A stretch of DNA of 64,000 nucleotides. Origin: an uncultured virus (IMG/VR IMGVR_UViG_3300046718_001244). Its lineage: Duplodnaviria > Heunggongvirae > Uroviricota > Caudoviricetes. Position numbers and translations under genes: made by a program. The notes beneath the pieces are model-generated. The model had not been told where the DNA came from. It did no database searches and saw nothing but the letters and a program-made list of their open reading frames with translations. The stretch is taken from the IMG/VR virus record IMGVR_UViG_3300046718_001244. One strand, written 5' to 3'. Numbering within the stretch: the first letter of the stretch is position 1; each line of letters opens with the position of its first letter. This document shows, piece by piece, positions 19,680 to 29,206 of this stretch.

Positions 19680-21566
19680 GGGGAAGGGTCCTCCTCCATG
19701 ATGAGGCCATTCTTTACGCCGACCTCCGCGAGAGTCTTCACCATCGACTCACGCATCTCCTTCGTCCAGGCAGGTCGCGTCTGGCGTACGGCTGCCGCAA
19801 TGTTGAAGACGACCTCGGTCATCAGACAGGCCAAGGACGCCTCCACGAGTTCTGGCGACGGCTTGGTGGCCGGATTCTGCTCCTTTATCTCACGAAGGAT
19901 GGACGCGCTCCGTCGCACGAGAGCGGCGCACAAGAGATCAAACTCCTGCTCTCGGGGCGTCACGACGACCGCTCCTTCTGCGCCGCATCCATCTCCTGCC
20001 TCGCCGCGACGGCCTTGGCCAAGGCCTGCGCTACGAGCGGGCCAAACTTCTCATCTCCCTCGCCCTGCCCGAACACCTCCCGCAGCGCCATCGAGACGTT
20101 GCAGAAGACCTCGGTGACGAGCATGGTCAGGGCCTGCTCGTAGAGGGCGGCGGCCTCGGGGACCGCGATCGCGAGTCCCTTCGGGGCGTTCTCGATCCGT
20201 CGCGCGATCGCGCTATCGGTCTCCTGCAGGAGCTGGGTCACCCTCAGCTTGAGGGCGCGGTAGAACTTTGGGTCAAAGCGAAGCGTCATCATGGTGTGGG
20301 CCCCTTCCTCGGCCCGAAGTCGCCCCGTCTCCCGTCTGCGCTCCGAATCCCGCAAGGACCCCGGGGCACCACGACCCGTTGACCGCGAGTAACGCTAGGG
20401 AGACAGGGCGGCTTCGATACGAGAAGCCTCCTCGGTAAGAATCGAACGTGCAAGAGAGACCGCCTGCGTGCCGAGATCCGCCGGCGCGACCACATCGAAG
20501 AGCTCCCGCATGGCGTCCGCCCAGTAGGAGGCGCCTCGCGGAGGGAGAGGCTTCGCGAGCTCGCGGGCGAGGACCTCGGCGGGGACGTTCTGTCCGTCGA
20601 AGAGAAGGCGGTCGATGGGGTGCATGATCGGAGCGGGGCGGGAGGTTGGACGAGCGGGGCGGGGTGGGTATTCATGGTAGCGCGTCTCCCGGCGATGCCA
20701 CGGTGGCCATCTGCTGCATGGCCATGAACCGCTCGACGTCCGCCGGCTCCAGTTCGAAGCCCTTGAGGAGGACGCTGAGGCGAAAGAGATCCATGTGGGG
20801 CCGTACGCCCATCGCCCAGAGCCTACGAAACGCCCGCCAGCCCTTCCGGCCCCCGTAGGTGACGCGAGGCATCAGACGAGCCGCGAGGGACCGATCGGAC
20901 GGCGAAAGCGCCGAGCTCACGTCCCATTCGTTGCCGCCGCCGGTGCGACGCAGGTGTACGAGGCGCACAAACTTATCCCGCCGACGGGGTCGCCCAGGGT
21001 ACATGATGCGCCTCATCGCAGCGCCCCCTCTCTCCGCGCGCTCTCGCGTCCGGATGCGTGCAAGATTTGCCCATGCACTAGCAGGAGCAAAACGAGCCCG
21101 AGTTGCTGCCAGAGCGGGCGACCGTGGATGAGCAGGTATCCAAGGGGAATGTAGGTGGCCCAGTCGGCGAGCCTCAGTGTGGTGGAACGCCTCATGTGAG
21201 CCGACCTTGGCGCGCGATGCGCTCACCGATGAGGGCCGCCGCGCTCTCGCAGAGGGCGCCGGCGGACGCGAGGTAGTCTCCGGCGGCGTGGAGCGGGATG
21301 GCCTCGACGGCCGTGACCTCCAGGCCCGCCCCGGTGAGGCGATCGAGGGTATCCGCCATTTCGACGATGAGGCGGGCGGCCTCGCGCATCGTCGCGACGC
21401 ACTGCTTCGCGTCGAACGCCGGCGTCCCACGTACCCGGCCCCACGTGCACGGCGAGAGGAGATGCGCAGCGACGGAACTGCACGTACATCCGTGCACGGG
21501 GCATCCGGGGTCGTCGTCTCCGGCACTGTCGGTCGGTCCGCACGTACACGTCCTTGCTTCGCTCAT
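19676..21566 (-). other. Run of small hypothetical genes
   Basis: Mostly overlap-coupled ORFs, no recognised motifs. Confidence 0.5.
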
Positions 21567-22234
21567 CGCAGCGCCCCCCGCTTCTGCCGGCTGTACGCCC
21601 CGGCGATGCTCTGCCCCGCCCCAAACCCCGCCTCGAGCGCCCTCTCATCGCCTCTCGGCCTCTCGGTCTCCGCCGCCCGGAGCTTGCCGTGCTTCTCCCG
21701 GAGCGCCTTGTGCGCCGCCTGGAGCCTCGCATCGAGGATCGTGAGCGCCGTCGAGGGCGCGGCCTTGCGCGCCTCCTTGTGCGCTTCCTTCAAAGCATCC
21801 CGGATCCCCTCCGAGGCGCCGAGGAGAAAGCTCTTGCGCCACCGGGGGGACTTCGGTCCGGCTTCCGCCTGGCGCATCATCTCTCCCGTGAGCCAGTCGT
21901 ACATGGCCTTCAAGGTTTCGAGATCATCGGGGGTCCCGTAGGCGACCGCTTCGTAGCCTCGCCCTCTTGTCCGGAGGTAGACGACGTCGCAGCCGTGCAT
22001 CGTGGCCAAGTCGGTCAGGAGGTAGCTCTTCCAGGGTTCGATCTTCTGGAAGGCGTCGATCTCCCCCTCGACGGGGCCCTGGACGCCGACGTCGGCGTCG
22101 AGCATGGCTTCCGAGATCCGGTGCTCCTGGCAGAGCTTCTCGGCGAGGGCGGCCGCCGTCGCGGCCTCGTGGGGATTGCTGTTACGGCGCGCGAGCTCGC
22201 GGAGCTTGCGGATCTTGTCGACGACGGGGGTCAC
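21563..22234 (-). CDS. DUF2786 family protein
   Basis: VDKIRKLRELA..SNPHEAATAAALAEKL; SFLLG. Confidence 0.8.
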   Translation of the reverse strand: MTPVVDKIRKLRELARRNSNPHEAATAAALAEKLCQEHRISEAMLDADVGVQGPVEGEIDAFQKIEPWKSYLLTDLATMHGCDVVYLRTRGRGYEAVAYGTPDDLETLKAMYDWLTGEMMRQAEAGPKSPRWRKSFLLGASEGIRDALKEAHKEARKAAPSTALTILDARLQAAHKALREKHGKLRAAETERPRGDERALEAGFGAGQSIAGAYSRQKRGALR

Positions 22235-23331
22235 GACACCACCTCGAAGGCTTCCCGGGTCGCAAAGGTGGCCTCGCCGTTGCCCTCGGGATCGCGACTG
22301 AGCTTGTAGTCGTCCGGCGCGTCGATGTCTTTCATACGGCGCGGCGTCCAGCTCGTGAACCACACGCCGCTATGGTCTTTGAAGCCGCATCCGGGCCCGC
22401 AGACGAGCCGCACGCGGGTCCCGTCCGGCAAAGCGCGGCGCTCGAGCCGGGCGTACTCCCCGAAGCGGCGAGACCATCCTTCGCGAAGGGCCGCACGCCG
22501 ACGAGCCCACCCTCGCCGGATGGCCCCCCATCCGCCCGACAGGCGGCCCGTGACGAAGGCGCCCGTCGAGAAGCCGAGCATGAAGAACACGAAAGCGGCG
22601 TAAAGGTGGGGACTCATGCTCGCCTCCCCCTGCACGTCACCCGCGTGCCCTGCACCGCCCGCACGAGCGCCCTATCGATCGCCCGGACGACGTTGGCGTG
22701 GGCCTGGAAGACCGGCACGAAGTGCTTCTTCGCGCACCTAGGACAGTAGAGCTTGAAGCAGTCGAGGCACCGGATGGCGACCTTGCCCTCCTCGCGCTTC
22801 ATCGCCTTCCGAGCCGACCGGAACGTCTGCCCCTTCTTCCGTACGGGGTAGCGGAACCCCTGGCTCGAAGAGCCCCAGGTGAGCGACTTGGCGCAGGAGA
22901 AGCACCAGAGGCGGCCCTTGGCGCTCTTGGGGCGACGTCGGCGGACGGGCCAGCGGCAGCAGCGGCAGCGGACGTGGGGCGCGCTCATCGGTCGATCTCC
23001 CCGTGCGTGTCCACCGTGAGCGCGGGCGTATCGTCAAGGCACTGGACGGTGACGGTGACGCGCGAGGCGCCGGCGGCGAGCACGCGCCTGCGCGTCTGGT
23101 TGGCGACCGCGAAGGCGAGCCGACTCCCCGGACCAGGGGAGACCCAGTCCTTGTGGACCGAGTCGCCAAGGCCGACGACGCGGATCGAGCCGAGGTTCAG
23201 CTCGCCGATGTTCTGGTAGCGCTTCTCCCACACCTCGTGGAATTCCGGTCCGGTGCCGCGGACGGCGCGCTTGATCGCCGACCACTTCTCCGCTGGAGCG
23301 TTGGCGAGGATGGTCAAGAGGAATTCCTGGC

Positions 23332-23592
23332 TCATGTGGCGCTCCCGTCTTCGTAGTGGCCATGAGTCTCAAGTCGGGCCCGCGTCTCCGCCAGCTCCGT
23401 CGTGACCATCTCGACCGCCGCCGCGAGGCTCTTGCAGCAGCCTGCGCACTCCCGCAGCGCGTCGGCGACGCGATCGTCGTGCTCGCCGCGACCCAGTTGC
23501 TCGACGTCGTGCGCAAGGCCTTCGGCAGCACCCGCCCTCTCCCTCACCCGCTTGAGGAGCACGGCGACCGTCTCGACTTCCTTGGCGGTCAT
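23332..23592 (-). CDS. Helical protein, tandem paralog B
   Basis: Ends nearly identical to 23690-23953. Confidence 0.7.
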   Translation of the reverse strand: MTAKEVETVAVLLKRVRERAGAAEGLAHDVEQLGRGEHDDRVADALRECAGCCKSLAAAVEMVTTELAETRARLETHGHYEDGSAT

Positions 23593-23689
23593 CGCGCACC
23601 TCTGACGCAATCGACCGATCCGGCGGCGTGCTTACGCGCATCGGTGAGCGACGCCGCGCGGATGGGCCCCGGGACGGACTTGTTGGCGG

Positions 23690-23953
23690 TCATGTGGCGC
23701 TCCCATCCTCGTAGTGGCCGTGTGTTTCAAGTCGGGCCCGCGTCTCCGCCAGGTCCGTCGTGACCATCTCGACCGCCGCCGCAAGGCTCTGCATGCCCCT
23801 CGCTACGTCCGTGGCAATCTGCTGGACGGTCCTCCCGTCCACCGAGTCGCCATCGTCGATGGCCATCTCGTGTGCTGCGTCAAGGACATCGTCCGCCCTC
23901 TCCCGCACCCGCTTGAGCAGCACGGCGACCGTCTCGACTTCCTTGGCGGTCAT
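23690..23953 (-). CDS. Helical protein, tandem paralog A
   Basis: MTAKEVETVAVLLKRVRERA...RARLETHGHYEDGSAT. Confidence 0.7.
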   Translation of the reverse strand: MTAKEVETVAVLLKRVRERADDVLDAAHEMAIDDGDSVDGRTVQQIATDVARGMQSLAAAVEMVTTDLAETRARLETHGHYEDGSAT

Positions 23954-24209
23954 CGCGCCCTCCTCAGGATCGCCCTTGCCGTCGCCACGTAGATGTCCCT
24001 CGCCTCTTTCCCCGTAGGCGAGAGCCAGTAGCCCCCGCGCGCGAAGAAGACCATGGCCTTGCCCTCAAGCGTCGTGAGGCGCTCGACGACAAACCTCTCT
24101 TGCCGGAGGCCGGGCTTGCCTTGGGAGAGAAGCGCGCAGGCGCGCATGAGATCCTGCTCGTCGTCCGCCGCCTGCACGAAGGCGCGGATCCTCGTCTCGT
24201 CGGGGGCGT

Positions 24210-24713
24210 TCACGGAAGCACCTCCGTGGCCGCGTCACTCCGTAGGAACGTCCACTCGCAATCGGGATCGATACCCTGCTGGATCGTGCCGTCGTCGAGC
24301 AATCCGTTCACGCGGTCGGAGAGGCTCTCCTCGTCCACGCCGACGACGTCGAAGGTCAGGACGAGCCGCGTCACCGGAGCGGCTTCCCACGTCCACGAGT
24401 CGGTTCCGATCCTCCAGTGTGGAGCGAGCTCGCATACCTCCGCCATGGAGGCAGGGTGGAACACGTCCGTCTCACCCGAATGCGGCGTGTGGAAGTGATA
24501 GGCCTTCGTAACCTCGTCGTACCACGCGTAGGCGCCGTCGGGCCCGGGGCCCGCGTCCTCTTTCTCAGCCTCCCCTTCGTAATACTCGTTGTGCGCCTCG
24601 ACGATCGCGTCCGCGCTCGCCTTTGGGAATGACGGCCTACGCGCGCCGTTCCAGCGTCCGCCGAGATCCACGCCTTCGACGGGCGGACAGAAGTCTGCGA
24701 TCTGGAAGTACAT
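24210..24713 (-). CDS. Acidic hypothetical early protein
   Basis: RWNG..RPSF and WRIGTDSWTW motifs. Confidence 0.6.
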   Translation of the reverse strand: MYFQIADFCPPVEGVDLGGRWNGARRPSFPKASADAIVEAHNEYYEGEAEKEDAGPGPDGAYAWYDEVTKAYHFHTPHSGETDVFHPASMAEVCELAPHWRIGTDSWTWEAAPVTRLVLTFDVVGVDEESLSDRVNGLLDDGTIQQGIDPDCEWTFLRSDAATEVLP

Positions 24714-24716
24714 GGC

Positions 24717-25148
24717 CTAGATCTCCCTTCCCACGAACGGCGTCCGCTGCAAGCGCCAGCAAGGCTGCGATCCGCCGCCCCCCGTGAACGAGCCGTCACG
24801 CTGGATCGTCTGGACGACGCCCTCGGCAAGGGTCGGGTTGTCGCGCAAGAACGCGCCGAGCGTGGTGATGCTCACTTCCGTGTCCCGCGGCTTGTCGTCC
24901 TTGCCCCACACGTGGAGCGTGTAGAGGCGCTCGCCACCCTTGCGCGCTGCGCGGATCTGCGCCCGGGCGTCCTCCGCCCCGTGGTAGGCGGCGAGGAGCA
25001 CGATGTAGTCGTGCGCGAAGGGATCGGCCGCGTCCCATTCGACGTCGACGACGCGGTGCTCCCGCTTGGGGTTTCCGTATCCGTCGCAGATCATGCGATC
25101 GGAAAACTCTTTCGCCTTCTCGGGCGTGGGGAATTCGAACGTGAGCAT
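24717..25148 (-). CDS. Hypothetical early protein
   Basis: GGAG-N7-ATG start after conserved leader. Confidence 0.6.
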   Translation of the reverse strand: MLTFEFPTPEKAKEFSDRMICDGYGNPKREHRVVDVEWDAADPFAHDYIVLLAAYHGAEDARAQIRAARKGGERLYTLHVWGKDDKPRDTEVSITTLGAFLRDNPTLAEGVVQTIQRDGSFTGGGGSQPCWRLQRTPFVGREI

Positions 25149-25176
25149 GGTGCAGTCTCCGGGTGGGAAGTGTGGC

Positions 25177-25245
25177 GCGCGGATTCGGTTCGCGCTGGCG
25201 TGGGCCCTCCCCTCAAAGAGGGCCCACGGGAAGCGGGACACGAAA
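25177..25245 (-). promoter_or_regulatory. Conserved two-hairpin leader element, copy D
   Basis: TTCGTGTCCCGC - hairpin - GCGCG AACCGAATC CGCGC. Confidence 0.7.
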
Positions 25246-25260
25246 CGGGGTAGGGAAGAC

Positions 25261-26412
25261 TCAGATCCGCATGGGCATCACCACGATGACCCCTCCCTCC
25301 GTTGGACGGATGACGATCGGATCGAGTGCAGTGGAAAAGCCGATCGCGACCGTCTTTTCCGTGCACTCGGCCAGTGCGTCCGTGAGGTAGGTCGCGTTGA
25401 CCCCGATCGAGAAGGGCCCCGCATTCTCACCACGCTTGCCGAGGGCATGCGCGGGACCCGCGATCGTGACGGCCATGGTCTCGCTCGCCTCGCCCTTGTC
25501 GGGGTCTTGCGCGTGGACGCGAAGGGTCCCCTCGCCGGTGAGCGACAGCGTGATCCCGCTCGTCCGGTCGGAGGCGCATCCGCCGATGGCGCCGATCACT
25601 TCGGCGAGCAGGGCCCGGTCGCACGTGACGGTGCGCTCGGAGGACGCAGGGATCACTTGCGCGTAGGGCGGAAACTGGGCGTCGACCTTGCGAAGAGCCA
25701 AGGTCACGCCGCGCACCCTCGCGAACACGGTCTTGACGTCATGCGTCAGCACCACGGGGTCGGGCTTCCGGCCTTTCTTCGGAGCGCAAAGCGCCCGCAA
25801 GGCCTCGCATCCGTCGAGCGAGACGAGAAAGTGGCAGGCGCTCAGGCCTTGCGGCACGTGGGTGTCGACGTCGAGATCCCACATGGCGAGGCGATGCCCG
25901 TCCGTCGACACGAGGCGGATCGACTTCGGATGGATCTCGACGCGCACGGAATTGAGGTGCTCCCGCGTCTGGTCGCGGCTCACGGCATAGAGCACCCGAT
26001 CGAGCGCGGCGCAAAGCGCGGCGTCTCCGACCGTCGCGAGCGCCTTCGCGTCCGCTTCACTGGGCATGGGAGGGCACTGCTCGGGATCCATGCCCGGCAC
26101 CCGGAACGCCCGGGGCCCTTCGGTGAGGGACAGCACGGTCGCGCCCTCGGCGGAAAGCTCGCAATGACCGTTGCGGAAGCGCTTGGCGCGATCGAGCGCG
26201 GTCCGGAGATCCACGGACCGGGCCCACTGGCCCGAACCGTCTCCCGGGATCGTGACCCATGCCGCGCGGTAGAGATCCGTGGCGGCAAGCTTGAGGGATC
26301 CGCCCTCGGCGGCAAGCTGGACGTGGGAGAGAGCGGGTATCGTGCTCCCCTTGGGAGTGATCGTTTTCAGGGTTTCGAGCGCCGCGAGGAGCGCCTTTCT
26401 GTCGACTTGCAT
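25261..26412 (-). CDS. dnaN: DNA polymerase III beta sliding clamp homolog
   Basis: 383 aa; STIPALSHV, LAATDL, YAVSRDQTREHLNSV, LVSTDGHRLA, FPPYAQVIP, IGVNATYL.DAL, VVMPMRI. Confidence 0.92.
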   Translation of the reverse strand: MQVDRKALLAALETLKTITPKGSTIPALSHVQLAAEGGSLKLAATDLYRAAWVTIPGDGSGQWARSVDLRTALDRAKRFRNGHCELSAEGATVLSLTEGPRAFRVPGMDPEQCPPMPSEADAKALATVGDAALCAALDRVLYAVSRDQTREHLNSVRVEIHPKSIRLVSTDGHRLAMWDLDVDTHVPQGLSACHFLVSLDGCEALRALCAPKKGRKPDPVVLTHDVKTVFARVRGVTLALRKVDAQFPPYAQVIPASSERTVTCDRALLAEVIGAIGGCASDRTSGITLSLTGEGTLRVHAQDPDKGEASETMAVTIAGPAHALGKRGENAGPFSIGVNATYLTDALAECTEKTVAIGFSTALDPIVIRPTEGGVIVVMPMRI

Positions 26413-26436
26413 GGTGCGTGGTCCTGTCGGGTTACT

Positions 26437-26505
26437 GCGCGGAATTCGGTTCGCGCGGTCGTGGTCTCTCCCTCCGAGAGAGGCCACGGGACGCGGGACA
26501 CGAAA
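26437..26505 (-). promoter_or_regulatory. Conserved two-hairpin leader element, copy C
   Basis: TTCGTGTCCCGC - hairpin - GCGCG AACCGAATTC CGCGC. Confidence 0.7.
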
Positions 26506-26508
26506 AGG

Positions 26509-26706
26509 TCAGCCGTCGACGGACACGCGCGGCATCGCGACCGCGACGTTCCGTTCCCCTCCGATCATGTCCACCTTGTAGTGCGGAAAGGCGTAGGACG
26601 TGGAGCCTTGCGGAAACGCGGCCCGCACGATCGCGAGGTACCAACCGTCACCCACGAGCACTCGCACGTGCGCTCCGGGCCGGAAGGTCGGGGTATGGGT
26701 CGCCAC
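26509..26706 (-). CDS. Small SH3-like hypothetical protein
   Basis: FRPGAHVRV...WYLAIV...HYKVD. Confidence 0.5.
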   Translation of the reverse strand: MATHTPTFRPGAHVRVLVGDGWYLAIVRAAFPQGSTSYAFPHYKVDMIGGERNVAVAMPRVSVDG

Positions 26707-26708
26707 GG

Positions 26709-26900
26709 CTAGTACCCTCCCCCCTCGTCGCGATCGGCGCACGCGTCGCACTGGTACCCATGGGCCCGGTCTTTCGGCGTGAGCATGTTAGGGCGCTTGC
26801 ACGAGGGGCAAGGCAGGTTCCGAGGGTTGCGCTTGGAAGCGGCCCGGAGCGCCGAGCGGCCCCCGGGATCGGCAAAGTCGGAGCGATCGTCGTCGTACAC
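26709..26900 (-). CDS. Small zinc-ribbon protein
   Basis: CPSC...YQCDAC. Confidence 0.65.
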   Translation of the reverse strand: MYDDDRSDFADPGGRSALRAASKRNPRNLPCPSCKRPNMLTPKDRAHGYQCDACADRDEGGGY

Positions 26901-26919
26901 GGTGTGGTCCTTTCTGGCT

Positions 26920-26985
26920 GCGCGGATTCGGTTCGCGCTCGCGGGCCCCGGGATTCGGTTCCGGGCCCCGCAAGCGAGAGACGAA
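26920..26985 (-). promoter_or_regulatory. Conserved two-hairpin leader element, copy B
   Basis: Both hairpin loops carry AACCGAAT. Confidence 0.7.
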
Positions 26986-27002
26986 CGTCTCTCTCTCCCT
27001 AT

Positions 27003-27425
27003 TCACGCCGCTTTCGCGGCTCCCTCCTTTCGCGCCCAGTAGTCGGATACCCACGCGATGACGGGCGCGCAAAGGGCCGTGTACGCCTCGATCGCGCCGT
27101 GTCGATTGCCGTGGCACTGGCCCGGTTCGGCGTCTCGCTTGAACGCCTCCCACGACGTCATGGGAGCAAAGGAGCACTGCGCCCACACTCCCCACGGGCC
27201 CCCGTGCTCAGGCATGGCAGACGGGGCAGGAGCGATCGTCACGTTGACGTGGGCGCGAGGGCACCCTTCCCCGTAGCTTCCTAGGCCTAGCCCGAAACGG
27301 ACGCGGCTCGCCTTGATCTCCGGGCCCCCCTGAGGCGCCCACGTGGCGAGGCAATGCACGTGGTACGCGAAGGTAGAGAGCACGTGCGCCACGGTCGGAA
27401 CCTCGATCGGGGTCGGCGCTTTCAC
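27003..27425 (-). CDS. Hypothetical early protein
   Basis: Coupled ORF. Confidence 0.55.
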   Translation of the reverse strand: MKAPTPIEVPTVAHVLSTFAYHVHCLATWAPQGGPEIKASRVRFGLGLGSYGEGCPRAHVNVTIAPAPSAMPEHGGPWGVWAQCSFAPMTSWEAFKRDAEPGQCHGNRHGAIEAYTALCAPVIAWVSDYWARKEGAAKAA

Positions 27426-27919
27426 GAGGCCACCTTGAATTCGCAGGCGAGCCGATGGCACTCCGTTTCCGAGTGTCCCTCCGCTCGGAACCTCGCATAG
27501 GCACGCTGGAACACGATCCAGCCCTGCGTTTCGTTGCGAAGGCTAGGCGGAAGGGACGCCACGAATTCGGCGTCGTCCGTGTCGTGCGACCAGAGAACTT
27601 GTGCAAGGTGGCCGATCGCGTTGTCGATCGTTGCCTCACGGCCCGCGATTGCGAGGCACGAGACCGAGTAACCGCCCGTGAACGTGTCCAGCCAGTAACT
27701 CCAGCCGTACGCGTCCGGGAACACGATGAAAGCGTGTCCGCGCCACGTTCCGAGGTAGGTACCGCGGTCGAGACGCACGAGAGCATCAGCGCACGCCTTC
27801 TCGCACGCGTCGCTTGCCTCTTTCGCCGTGGCGCCTTGAACGCGGATCGGACCGAGACTCGCGGCATGCGCCACGATGCGCCCGCGCGCGTTCTTGAGTG
27901 TCGACAGTGACGGTTTCAT
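27422..27919 (-). CDS. Hypothetical early protein
   Basis: AAGGA-CACC-ATG start after conserved leader. Confidence 0.6.
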   Translation of the reverse strand: MKPSLSTLKNARGRIVAHAASLGPIRVQGATAKEASDACEKACADALVRLDRGTYLGTWRGHAFIVFPDAYGWSYWLDTFTGGYSVSCLAIAGREATIDNAIGHLAQVLWSHDTDDAEFVASLPPSLRNETQGWIVFQRAYARFRAEGHSETECHRLACEFKVAS

Positions 27920-27935
27920 GGTGGGATCCTTCGCT

Positions 27936-28010
27936 GCGCGGGATTCGATTCGCGCCCGCGGGGTCTCTCTCCCGTGTTTCGTTCGGAGAGACCCCGCAAG
28001 CGGGACGCGA
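27936..28010 (-). promoter_or_regulatory. Conserved two-hairpin leader element, copy A
   Basis: TCGCGTCCCGC - hairpin - GCGCG AATCGAATCC CGCGC. Confidence 0.65.
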
Positions 28011-28013
28011 TCC

Positions 28014-28460
28014 CTAGCCTTCCGCGCTTGCCTCCCCTTCCACGTGCTCGTCGCACGCATACCGCATGGTGTCGGCAATGTGGCGGATCGCAGCGTATTG
28101 GATGACCGCGATCCTTCGTTCGGTCTCGTCTGGCATGCCCATGTCGCTTGCCTCGGCTTCCGCTGAGGACCACGTGTCGGTCAGACAGAAATCCGCCGCC
28201 CACTGGTAGAGATCCTTCGTGTAGACGTCGACACGACCGTCCGCATGGGAGTGGACGTCATCTTCATCGGAGAGGGATCCCTCGTCGAAAGCCTCGACAG
28301 CGGCACGGCACTCGCTGTAGATCCAGTCTGTAGGTAGCGTGCCGTTGTGAGCCTCGCGGATCGCTTCCTTGAGCCAGTCCGGGGCCGTGTCGTTCAGCGT
28401 GACGAAAGACTCGCCACTGTCGCGGGTCTTGGTCTCGAAGTGAGACGCGAGCGTAGCCAT
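28014..28460 (-). CDS. Ocr-like acidic DNA-mimic anti-restriction protein
   Basis: Highly acidic; DEDDVHSHADGRVDVYTKDL resembles T7 gp0.3 HMAADNAVPHYYAD; first gene of the leftward operon. Confidence 0.6.
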   Translation of the reverse strand: MATLASHFETKTRDSGESFVTLNDTAPDWLKEAIREAHNGTLPTDWIYSECRAAVEAFDEGSLSDEDDVHSHADGRVDVYTKDLYQWAADFCLTDTWSSAEAEASDMGMPDETERRIAVIQYAAIRHIADTMRYACDEHVEGEASAEG

Positions 28461-28574
28461 GGTGCGGGATCCTTTCCTGAGGTAGGGCGAGGAGGCGATT
28501 CGGGCGCCTCACTCGTCTCACAATGATAGACGGCCACTTTCGAGAAAGATTCACCTACCGAGAGGTTTTTTGAG

Positions 28575-28627
28575 CGGGTCAAAAGTGACTCACTACAGCG
28601 TCACTGGATCGGGTCAAAAGTGACTCA
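28575..28627. repeat. Two exact 18-bp repeats CGGGTCAAAAGTGACTCA (28575-28592, 28610-28627), operator-like
   Basis: Seen directly in the AT-richer divergent intergenic region. Confidence 0.8.
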
Positions 28628-28792
28628 GTTCGCCTCCCTCAGGTCAGAAAAACGGGCCCTCAGGGCTCCCCCTCAGAGCCTCAGGCGAGGGCCCTAGAAT
28701 CCCTCTACCGGGGTAGGCTTTTGGACACCGCCTGTCCAACGGCGTTTGCGATGGGCCTATCGAGGCCTTATGTTGGGGCTAAGCGCGCCTCG

Positions 28793-29206
28793 ATGCTCCG
28801 AACGATCCCGACAAACGACGGTTACGCGTACCGGGCGCTTCGCGTCGTCGAGCAATTCGGGCCGGCTGGATGCTCGGTCGCCCAGTTTTCTGCGGCGTTT
28901 TTCCGGCGCAAGCCGCCGAGCGCCAAGGCCAAGCGACGCAGCCCGCTCTACCAGAATCCCATCGGGTCTCAGGTGCTTGGCTGGCTCGCCGGGCGCGGCT
29001 TTCTCTTGGCCCTGGACAGCCGCGCGCTGACGCGCGATCGCGTGTACGTGCTCGCGCCGGCGGGCCGGACGTTCATTGCGGGCATGCTCGAGGCGGCCGC
29101 CGAGCGTGCGAACGAGCTCGCGGCCGCCCACGGGATGCCCCCGCCCTCCGCCGAGGAGCCGCCCCAAGAGCCCACCACGGACGGCGTCGGGAGCTGGGAA
29201 CCATGA
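28793..29206 (+). CDS. Winged-helix-like hypothetical protein
   Basis: LGWLAGRGFL...YVLAPAGR wing pattern. Confidence 0.5.
   Translation: MLRTIPTNDGYAYRALRVVEQFGPAGCSVAQFSAAFFRRKPPSAKAKRRSPLYQNPIGSQVLGWLAGRGFLLALDSRALTRDRVYVLAPAGRTFIAGMLEAAAERANELAAAHGMPPPSAEEPPQEPTTDGVGSWEP

Noticed and set aside
23332..23953. Diversity-generating retroelement TR/VR pair
   Set aside because: No reverse transcriptase in the window and differences are not adenine-specific
25177..28510. CRISPR array or integron attC sites
   Set aside because: Spacing is gene-sized, no cas or intI gene, and I did not see the canonical attC RYYYAAC/GTTRRRY ends
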